Under the pieces are notes generated by a model. It was not told where the DNA came from and ran no database searches. It was given only the letters and a program-made list of their open reading frames with translations. A DNA stretch of 63,264 bases, filler included, from Octopus bimaculoides (Eukaryota), in the NCBI RefSeq assembly GCF_001194135.2. It is 6 parts of 6 records of this genome, joined end to end, with 100 filler letters (N's around TTAATTAATTAA, not from the genome) between each part and the next. Parts side by side here need not be neighbours in the genome. Positions count along the whole stretch, not along the records: positions 46,102 to 57,465 come from NC_068984.1; positions 57,566 to 60,091 come from NC_068982.1; positions 60,192 to 63,264 come from NC_068998.1; 3 more parts are not named here. One strand, written 5' to 3'. The stretch's first letter is position 1. Each line of letters starts with the position of its first letter. Shown here piece by piece: positions 53,021 through 63,264 of the stretch. Made by a program: the position numbers and the translations under genes.

Positions 53021-55545
53021 CGCTAGAAGCATTAATAACTTTACTGAAAACAATTATACAGTGAAGAAATTAAAAAAAAAAACATTAGTCATGGACATAC
53101 ATTTTAGTTATTTTAACAAGTACGGGAGATAAGTTCTGACATGTTCCTGCCTTATTATGACCACATCGGCCATTCATCGACATCATCATACTTGAAGTCG
53201 TGATGGGAGAATCACCTGGCAAATGTACAAAAATGTATACCAGGTAGCATTGAAAACTAGAGGTGTTAAGTGAATACATTATTTGGAGACATGACACTAG
53301 TCACACGAAAAACAAGTAGTTGAGTTACTGTTGATTTATCTAATACAGTATATGAGATTTATTTTCTAAAAGATGTTAAATAATATGTTTGTTTTCGTAA
53401 TTGAATTTTCGAGATAAGATACACTCATAGATATTGTAACGGATTTTAAATTCTATTAGTAAAGCTGAAATGCATAAAATAAGATTTGGTTGACGTTTTG
53501 CCTGTGGCACACATCTATTGCTCTCAGGACCAATGTGGTAAACTCCTCAGATCTGGAGGTGCTTTCATTTGTTACCATATCGGCGGAGTTTCGGATCAGG
53601 ATGCCCACATAAGTCGGATTTTTTTCTGTTTTGATGGGGATTTTTCCAATTTTTTCTTACAATGTGAAATGATTGGGGAGTGGAAGGGAGATTGATTATC
53701 TTTTGTCAACTCCCCACCTCCCTTTGGATCGATTTTGGCCAATGTTTTTTTTTTTTTGACATTACACACTTAAAATTTTCTTTGGTAAAAAGAATATTTT
53801 GAAACTATTTTCAGACAAAAAGTTGTGTGATTTAAGGGAGACTTAGCTGTTGTGTCTAGCACGTCTCATAACCACCTTCCTCTTTACTTTGTCACTCTGA
53901 CGTGTATCCATGTTTTTCAATATTTTTCTCCCCCATAAACCCATTCATGTTATGAATAAGAAATTGAAAATTTATGGGTTTTTTTCAACCCTACTCCCTC
54001 ACCCCTCATTGTTTCTGTTTATAATTTTAAAATATTGGAGAGCCTCTGAAGGTCATTGCTGGGATTCATCCACAGTGATTTTAAAAAGCTATTATAAAAG
54101 ATAATCTATTTTAATAACATACTTTTCTGTTTGTGAAAAAATCCCATCAAATTAGAGAAAATCCTGTCAAACTAAAGCGTTTGACCCGGTGACAAAAATA
54201 TTTTAAAAATTAGTCTAATAGGTGTAAANNNNNNNNNNNNNNNNNNNNNNNNNNNNNNNNNNNNNNNNNNNNNNNNNNNNNNNNNNNNNNNNNNNNNNNN
54301 NNNNNNNNNNNNNNNNNNNNNNNNNNNNNNNNNNNNNNNNNNNNNNNNNNNNNNNNNNNNNNNNNNNNNNNNNNNNNNNNNNNNNNNNNNNNNNNNNNNN
54401 NNNNNNNNNNNNNNNNNNNNNNNNNNNNNNNNNNNNNNNNNNNNNNNNNNNNNNNNNNNNNNNNNNNNNNNNNNNNNNNNNNNNNNNNNNNNNNNNNNNN
54501 NNNNNNNNNNNNNNNNNNNNNNNNNNNNNNNNNNNNNNNNNNNNNNNNNNNNNNNNNNNNNNNNNNNNNNNNNNNNNNNNNNNNNNNNNNNNNNNNNNNN
54601 NNNNNNNNNNNNNNNNNNNNNNNNNNNNNNNNNNNNNNNNNNNNNNNNNNNNNNNNNNNNNNNNNNNNNNNNNNNNNNNNNNNNNNNNNNNNNNNNNNNN
54701 NNNNNNNNNNNNNNNNNNNNNNNNNNNNNNNNNNNNNNNNNNNNNNNNNNNNNNNNNNNNNNNNNNNNNNNNNNNNNNNNNNNNNNNNNNNNNNNNNNNN
54801 NNNNNNNNNNNNNNNNNNNNNNNNNNNNNNNNNNNNNNNNNNNNNNNNNNNNNNNNNNNNNNNNNNNNNNNNNNNNNNNNNNNNNNNNNNNNNNNNNNNN
54901 NNNNNNNNNNNNNNNNNNNNNNNNNNNNNNNNNNNNNNNNNNNNNNNNNNNNNNNNNNNNNNNNNNNNNNNNNNNNNNNNTCAGAACTGACTGATGCTTT
55001 AATTGAAAAATTAACATTGAAATTAGATCTAAGCAATCCCCATTTGCAATGTAGGTGATGTTAAATATAGGTAAGACTGCAACTGAGGAACAAAACTAGA
55101 ATATTACAGGATAAATGATGAGTGATATGGTAAAAGAAAAACAAAATAATTGTCATAATTTCTTTGAAATATATCATGTTTATTTTCACTGCAACTTGAG
55201 AAAAGTACCAATCATTCAGATGAGACATTACATTATCAAAATTTTGAATCACAATAGACCTATTAAAAAAATATTATGCAAGAAATAATGAAGCCATCTT
55301 GTCAGAATCAAAAATACTAACAGTCAGGCAAATCCAACAGGATTATTGTTAGTGTAAAAAAATAAACAAAAATTCCAGAATACTTCTGTCATATTTCAAA
55401 ATTGTGGGAAATCGGTTATAAATTCATAGAAAAATAGAGTCCAACAATTTTAACAAAAATATCTAAATGCTTTCTCATAATTTTTGATTTGAAAAGGACT
55501 ATATAAATTTCAAATAAAAAGGTTATTCCAGAAGGAACAGATTTA

Positions 55546-55749
55546 TTAAACAGATCCTACTAAAGGTAGACGCTGCCAAACAGTGACATCACAAATTGTC
55601 CATAGGTGTTCCCTTTCAGGCTCTCTGATCAGCATAGGCATTTCGGTTTCTTTGATCAATTTGAAATGTGGTGAGAGCACTTTTCTTAAGGCATCAGATC
55701 CATAAATAGGTTTCATTGCTTCATTATAGTAGCCACCAAGCCAATGAAA
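55546..55749 (-). CDS. Terminal coding exon of an OvoA-like SAM methyltransferase: FHWLGGYYNEAMKPIYGSDALRKVLSPHFKLIKETEMPMLIREPEREHLWTICDVTVWQRLPLVGSV*
   Basis: ctttttcag acceptor, phase 0, joins TPK of the upstream exon; WLGG and P-x-x-IRE...TVW pattern recalled from OvoA methyltransferase domains. Confidence 0.85.
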   Translation of the reverse strand, partial: FHWLGGYYNEAMKPIYGSDALRKVLSPHFKLIKETEMPMLIREPEREHLWTICDVTVWQRLPLVGSV

Positions 55750-56844
55750 CTGAAAAAGCAAAGCAGAGACTTTCTCAATATTGCAGAAATAAGATAAGAA
55801 TTAAAATACAATATGAAAAATTATTATATGAATCACAATCATTATATGAATCACAACTCAAAACAATTAAATACATTTAGACAATACATTAGGTCATGCT
55901 GTATGGTATTATGTAAAGTAAATTTTGTTCACATCTTTTGTCAAAGCCACACCATAACCTTTATGCAACAAAATGTTTATAAAATATCTATCTTTGAATC
56001 AAGTACACTAAACCTGAAGAGAATCTAAAGAGACTTTATATCATGATGACAATTCAGTTCTTTCTTATATATTGCAACTGGAAACAATAACATCGTTGGC
56101 AACAGTTTTCCAAAGAACACAGTCAATGGTTCCCTGCATGTCTTATGATGAGTGTGTCTTACCTCAGCAAAGAATCAAATATTTCAAGGTATTTTATGTA
56201 CAAAGTATTGTGTTTATTGCTTTTCCTAACATTGTTTGCCAACATACACAGGTGAAAGATATACACAACAGCATATATGGTGGTGGTGGTGGTACAACAT
56301 ACATACATACAAACATAATGGTGGTACAGAGTTTATGCCTAGTTTCTGTCTACAAAATTCCACCCACAAGACATTAGGCTCATGGCTATGGCACAAGACA
56401 CTTTTGATAAATGCTGCACAAAGGAATCACCTAAAACTATGTGGGTTGTAAAGCAAATTTTTTGACCACACAGTTATATCTGCATCAAGTTACTGATTAC
56501 ACAATCTAATTAACTTGAGTTTTTAATCAAAAACACTCTTCATAATAAGATTAAGAAGGTTTACATACACATAATAAATGATATCATGCACTGTATGCCA
56601 AAATGTATAATTAATGTTTGTCCATTGTATATAACATTCCTGGAAGACATAATACTTATTCTTGAAAGTTTGGTTAATAAAGACATGTGGAGTTAGGTGT
56701 TTGACCAAATATACCATGATATGTAGGCAGTAGATTTGAACGTACCTTATAAAGACAAGTAATTTTCTATGTACATGGCTTACAATAATAAAATATAAGC
56801 TACAATAACTTGTTTCAAATAGACATGGCACCAGATTCACTTGT

Positions 56845-57130
56845 TTATCTTTTACTTGTTTCAGTCACTAGACTGTGACCATGCTGCGGTACTGCCTTCA
56901 AGGGTTTTAGTTGAACAAATCAATGCCAGGACTTATTTTCAAGCCTGGTACTTATTCTATCAGTCACTTTTGCTGAAGTTACAAGGATGTAAATAAACCA
57001 ACACTGTTAAGTGGTAGTGGGAGACAAATGGAAATACAAAGACACACACACACAGCTACATATATGCAACAAGCTTCCACACAGTTTCCATTTACTAAAT
57101 TAACTCACAAGGCATTGTTTGACCAACAGC
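56845..57130 (-). mobile_element. CpG-decayed family A SINE in the methyltransferase intron
   Basis: ttttacttgtttcagtcactagactgtgaccatgctgcggtactgcc matches the family A 3' module. Confidence 0.75.
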
Positions 57131-57199
57131 AGAAATAACCGTTCCTTCTTCAAGAATCATTAAAAAAGAAAATAATATGCAATAAAATAACAAACTGAC

Positions 57200-57406
57200 C
57201 TTTGGGGTGAATGAAGTAAGCCAAGTATATGGTGCTGTAAGAACTAAAATACCATTTTCTTTTACTAATTCTGGCAGTCTCTTAAGGAAAAGCATTGAAT
57301 CGTACAGACGACAGATCAGGTTGGCAGCAAGAACACAGTCGAATTTACCAAGAGTTCTTGGTAGGTTGCAAGCATCACCAACTTGGAAGTTCACTCGGTC
57401 AACATT
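57200..57406 (-). CDS. Internal exon of the OvoA-like SAM methyltransferase: NVDRVNFQVGDACNLPRTLGKFDCVLAANLICRLYDSMLFLKRLPELVKENGILVLTAPYTWLTSFTPK
   Basis: ttatttcag acceptor and AAG|gtcagt donor, 207 nt phase 0/0; class I methyltransferase motifs GDACNL, AANLICRL, GILVLTAPYTW. Confidence 0.9.
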
Positions 57407-60400
57407 CTGAAATAAAATTTCAAGACACAGAAAAACTTATTCCAACACCTTCAAATCATCATTATNNNNNNNNNNNNNNNNNNNNNNNNNNNNNNNNNNN
57501 NNNNNNNNNTTAATTAATTAANNNNNNNNNNNNNNNNNNNNNNNNNNNNNNNNNNNNNNNNNNNNATAAACAAATAATAAATGAGTATATGCATATATAC
57601 GTACATACCTATGTCTACCTGTATATATAGGTGCATATCTGGGTACAGGACATTGTAAACAAAACGTAGACAAGAAAATAATAATAACCAGAGTACAGAA
57701 AACACACAAGCCACATAGAGAACATTTTCCTTCATCAGCTACCCCCGTTTTAACACCGGCGTTTCGAAGAGTATATGTATGTATGTATGTATGTATGTAT
57801 GATTGTATGTATGTATGTATGTATGTATGTATGTATGTATGTATGTATGTATGTATGTATGTATATGTATTAGATATGTATGTATTGCAATTCGATATAT
57901 AGATATCGATAAATTATGTTCTGATTTGAAATAATAACTACCGTCGACATAACTGATGATTAAAATATTTTCAGGGACCCAAATAACTGCCACAAGACTT
58001 CCTTATTGTGTACAGCATTCAATTTAACACTCTTTAACAGTTATCCAATGTGCTCTGCATTTTGATCGAACCAGAATCACTAGATTATGAGCTTAATTTC
58101 TTAACTACACGCAGCTACGACTGCAATGTTGTTATATAATCTTATTTATTTTTACTTAAGAAAAGCCATTTTTAAGAGTGTTGGAGTAGGATTTGTAGTC
58201 TGTGTCAAAGCAACTAGTAGACTACCAATGTTTTAAGCTGTGATAAATAACCATGTAAATAATTCTTAGTTCCTTCATACACATTGTAAACACTTCCCTG
58301 CACACATTTAACCTCCAAACATTAATCTGAACAACTCAAACTCAACATCAACTGGCTCATTACCCAGTTAAGTCCGCCCATTGTTAGCCTCACTAACTAC
58401 ACAGTCCACGCCCCAATAAGTTGATTCCAGTAAATTTCGCGCACATTTTTTTATTTCTTCAAGGTAAACCGAAAGCAAACACTCACTGAATATGTATATG
58501 TAATCACTGTGTTCTTAACTGCCATCAACGAATGAATCGGAAACGTATTGAGTGAACGTGAGAAAAGCTAAAGAAAAAAAAAGAATCTCTCCATATTTAT
58601 GAGCGAATCACCAATTTCAGAACAATCTGCTGCCTATTTATTTAAGACAGCAGAATTGGCTCACTTTTAATAACCTATTAATCACTGTTCCTAAAGCATT
58701 TCAATAAAGACAACTTACTTCTGATTAATTTCATCTCTCTGGCATTGCTCTTAAATTCGGACATCAATTACATCGATTAGGAAAGAAGGTCGAAAAGTCT
58801 TAAAGGTTTGTATTGTGAGTATATTAATACAATTTTTCATCATTCTGGTTTTGATATATCAAGCATCTATGGACACCTTAGTTTAAGTTGTCATATAAAT
58901 AACAGTTTAGATTGACTAGAACAATAAACATAAAAAACAAGATCGATTATTGAGATGAGTGTTGACTATATTGTATCGTTATCAGTTGTAGACATCAATA
59001 AAAAATATATCAGGACTGATAATCAGTAGATAACTTGTATCATTGCACGTTTGTTTCAGATATTTCACTCCAGCCGTTTTTAGATATATTAAAATATATC
59101 GCTACTTCATACGTTTAATTGTGTCTATTTATTGACTCTGTGTGGGTGTGTGCGTATGCTTGTGCGTGTGTGTCTGTCTGTGTGTGTCTGTCTGTGTGTG
59201 TAGGGTTGTGACAGTCACAATCGATTTGTAAATGGAGAGTACCTTCAATATGTGTACATACATATACATACACATACACACACGCATACACACATACACA
59301 CATTTTATTTTGTGGTAAGATATAGAAAATAGTCGGTACAACTCTGTGTTAGACGTTTGTGAAGTTCGACATATAAGTATGTGTAACATATAAGATAAAT
59401 ACGATTATATGTTAATCGTAGATAAGGCTTCGTTCATTCGAACTTTTGGTGCACTCTGTTCATCACCGGACTGAGAATACATACATGTAATTATGAATAT
59501 ATATATATATATTCTTCTCAGTCCGCTGATATTTATACATTATATGTGCGTGTGTGTGCATGTAAGTATATACGTGTGTGTATGTGTGTACGTGCGTGCG
59601 TTTGTGTGTATATGTCATCAGCATTCATTACATATATATATGTATGTACGTATAAGAGGAAGGAGCACTAGGTGGACTCCTAATATGCTAAATGTAGACC
59701 CCATATGGTGTGACCACTAAGAAAAATTGTTCTCAAGAAAATTCGGCAAACACCAGAACGTAAATTGAGCAAGACAAATGAAAAGATACAAAATATAATG
59801 ATTAGTCACTAACCATGGTTTCATTGTTACCATTTACATTACGTAAATGGTAACATGGGGTATATATTTAGCATATGGGGTGTACATCTAACATATTAAG
59901 AGTCCACCTACTCGTCATTCCTCTTATAAGTATGTAATATAATTCACGGAATCTTCAGATTTTTTCAATATGCTAGGCCACTGGTTTCAATTGATATTCA
60001 TCTACTTAATATAAATGTTTACCCTTATCATTTAAATTTATATATGTGTATGTATGTATTTATGTATGTATGTGTGTGTGTGTGTGTGTGTNNNNNNNNN
60101 NNNNNNNNNNNNNNNNNNNNNNNNNNNNNNNNNNNTTAATTAATTAANNNNNNNNNNNNNNNNNNNNNNNNNNNNNNNNNNNNNNNNNNNNATATATATA
60201 TATATACACGTATATATAGGCACTCAGAAACAGAGGAACTTATTCGCTTTGGTAAACATATTTACACATCTCTTACTCTCATTCTCTCTTTATTTCTCAT
60301 TACCCCGCGCCGAATACATCGTAAATATAAATATACAACGTATTCTATATCGGACATATATACACACACACACACACACATATATATATATGTATATGTA

Positions 60401-61127
60401 TTTTTGTATGTATGAGTCTGCATGTGTTTTTGGTGCCTGCGTTCATGTGTGTGTTTGTGTGTGTGCGTGTGTGCGAGCAGAAAAAGATTCGGGCTGAGCT
60501 AGAGATATTCCTTTGATAAATTTTCTAAATTAGATTATTTGATAAATGGATAGAATGAAACTCAACGAGCAATAACAGCAGCAAAGACAACAACAACAAC
60601 AACAATAACAGCAGCAGCAGAAAGAACAACTGCAAGAACTATTTTCAAAATAAGCGAATAAAATGATTAAAACGCAACAACGAAACGAAACGAAACCAAA
60701 CAAATAGAATAAGAATTTAACAATACCAAGAGAATAACAAAGCGATTGTCTTTGTTTGGTGGGGAGTGAAACAGCATCTGTGTGTTTGTGTACGTGTACG
60801 TGCGTGTGTATGTGTACGAGAGAGGGAGAGGGAGAGAGAGATGGTGAGAATGAGGTAGAGATATTGTGAGAGTGAGTGGGTAAAAGAGAGGGAGCAGAGA
60901 AAGGAAGAGGTGTAGAAATGCTTGGATGAAAGATAAAAAACAAAATGGTTGCCAAGTTTTAATGAAACCCGCGCGGAAATGAAATTTTATTCGACGCCAT
61001 TGAAGATATGGTAGTGTAACAGTTGATTTCACTTTTAAGACGTCAGTCACGGCCCCCCGAGAGATAGATAATAATAAATAAAATGGGATCCTGTTGCTAT
61101 TACGAAAAGGTCCTATATTGTCTACGA

Positions 61128-61168
<41 letters not shown>

Positions 61169-61687
61169 GGCTTCCTTTCAAATATTGGTTTCCATGTTGT
61201 TTTCTTTCTAATAACTTTTTTTTTTCATTTCCGTGCTTCTGTACGTTGTCCTTTTGGTATACGCATGAAAGAATCATTGGCTCATTACATTAAATCATTA
61301 CGCTCCACCCACAAGCAACTGCACGTACACAAACACACGCACACGCACACACACACACAAACACACACACACAAATACACATACGAACATACGCTCACGC
61401 ACACATTCACGCACACACTCTCGCACACAGACACACACGCGCTCACACACACACGCACATGCACTCACACACACACACACACTCTTACACACACACACGC
61501 CCGTGCGCCCGCACTGTATATGTTTATACACAGTTATACATAGGCAAATATGCTTTTAATCACATAAAAATGAAACAGCATTAAGGCTCTGACGAGTAAA
61601 TGTGTATATGTAAGTCTATGTACCAATGTATTTGTATGTATGTATGTATGTATGTATGTATGTATGTGTGTGTGTACGTGTGTGTAC

Positions 61688-62010
61688 CTTCTTTTACTTG
61701 TTTTAGTCATGGACTGTGGCCTTGCTGGAGCACCGCCTTCAAAAGCTTAATCGACTCCACTAGTTTTTTTTTAAGTAGTTAACCTTTGCCGAACCACTAA
61801 GGTACGAGAACGTAACCATACCATCACCGGTTGTCAAGCTGTAGTGGGGGATAAACACAAAGATAAGCACAAACACACACACTACGGACTTTCCACAGTT
61901 TTTCTCTACCAAATTCATTCACAAGGCTTTGTTTGGCCCGGGGTAATAGCAGAAGGCACTTGCCCAAAGTGCCGCACGATAGAACAGAACCCGAAACGGT
62001 GTGGTTACAA
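61688..62010 (-). mobile_element. SINE family A copy
   Basis: cttttacttgttttagtcatggactgtggccttgctggagcaccgcc...cacttgcccaaagtgccgc. Confidence 0.8.
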
Positions 62011-63264
62011 AACGAGCTCCACGGCTGCTATTTTATGGACGCATGTATCTGTCTACGTATAAAGATTTCTCTCCAGTTATTTTGAGACGAGGGAGAAAGA
62101 GGGCTGGTATAGAAGATTAACTGACGTAACTTTATCGTCCCCTGAAAGGATGAGAAACAAGTTTAATCCCAGCAGGAATTTAACCCAGAACGTAAAGAGA
62201 TGTGACTAAATGCTATAATAGTCTGTTGACATGTTTATTGACTTTAACGACTCCTAATTCGTAACAAATCATTTTAAATACAAGTATTTGTAGAGTGTGT
62301 TTATACTAATAAAATAATTATAATACGAGATATTTATTATCGTTCTTTCAATTTTCTTGTCGAGATAGCAACGGAAACCATGATGGTGGGAAGGTGATTG
62401 CGACTGACTTAAAACTTGCCACATGGGAGAAAATGGCTGATTTCACATATTGCTGCATGAGTGAGAAATGGTTGATCTAAAAATTTGTCATATATCAAAC
62501 ATGTGTGTGTGTGTGTGTGTGTGTGTCTATCTGTCTGTCTCAATCTGTGTGTCTGTGTGTTACACATGTGATTATAGGCTGCGAGGGTAAGTCGTATGCA
62601 CTTTTGTTTATGTAATTTACTAAAACAAAATCTGGGCTTGAACAATTACATCACCTTTCGACAGGCGCTGTCCACAAGAATAGAATTAGCAAATCATTTT
62701 AATAGTTCATTTACAATCGTTTCATTATTTTTCCATATAATCAATCTTGCATAATGCTGTAATCATTGCAACAACTATTGAATGGCTTTCACCTGCTATG
62801 TTGAACATGGTTTCTCAGAATTCCCTAAAACAAATAATATTTCTTATTGACTCCAAAATTTCACAAATATATATACTCCACATGATCACATTTATATAAT
62901 AAACGCAAATTAATGCAAAGAACCACGTGAATTAGGGAGTGGTCACTATATTTTGAAGCGATAATTAACTGGTCTGCTAGTTGACAGTTTTGTGCGACAC
63001 TGTAAAAGGATGTCCAGCTGTGCTTACTGCTATAAATCAGATGTTAAGATGTCCTGGTCCTTTTTGCGGCTTCTTTCTTTTATACTCGAGTCAGACTTAT
63101 TGTCTAGACTTCCAGTGGTACACCTTTCTATTGAACCCAATAACATAGATAATTGTGTCACATAAAATACCTAGCTATCTCCATTCACTCAAGTATCTAT
63201 TTTATATACACTTTCAGAAAAAAAATTTCATTATCACAAATTATATATATATATATATATATAT

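Noticed and set aside
53140-53220. Minus-strand peptide-like stretch FSHHDFKYDDVDEWPMWS after a ccag acceptor and in-frame TGA (selenocysteine idea)
   Set aside because: Very short, no recognisable family, no SECIS identified, no partner exon
4882-60190. Recurring TTAATTAATTAA island between N runs (near 4926, 18818, 46046, 57510, 60136)
   Set aside because: Identical 12-mer centred in ~100-N blocks, with stops in all frames: an assembly/scaffolding spacer, not biology
1051-63264. Numerous long ORFs containing X runs or YI/CV/HT/RE dipeptides
   Set aside because: Produced by N gaps and dinucleotide microsatellites

Overview
Gappy draft genomic scaffold from an animal, not a prokaryote. The SINE families, (AT)n/(CA)n/(GATA)n load and LINE content point to an octopus-type cephalopod (inference). 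Three host genes are supported. (1) Four spliced internal exons of a PP2C/PPM-family phosphatase on + (24.3-43.6 kb); its first and last exons are not readable. (2) An intronless tubulin-folding cofactor C gene, TBCC, on - (51.7-52.7 kb). (3) The last two exons of a SAM methyltransferase on - (55.5-57.4 kb) that resembles the C-terminal methyltransferase domain of the ovothiol enzyme OvoA but differs in its terminal motif. The rest is mobile DNA: a CR1-like LINE, RTE LINE fragments (one with a PHD-like finger inside the RT), a 5'-retaining, 3'-truncated L1/Tx1-like LINE, a mariner relic, palindromic MITE-like elements and many tRNA-derived SINEs. The most notable observations are the OvoA-like methyltransferase, a ~290-bp-arm intronic hairpin, a 33-bp-stem hairpin just upstream of TBCC, the PHD-in-RT LINE and sharply bounded CpG-depleted domains matching the gene bodies. 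Most ORFs in the supplied track are microsatellite or N-gap artefacts. I found no rRNA, true tRNA or CRISPR array.
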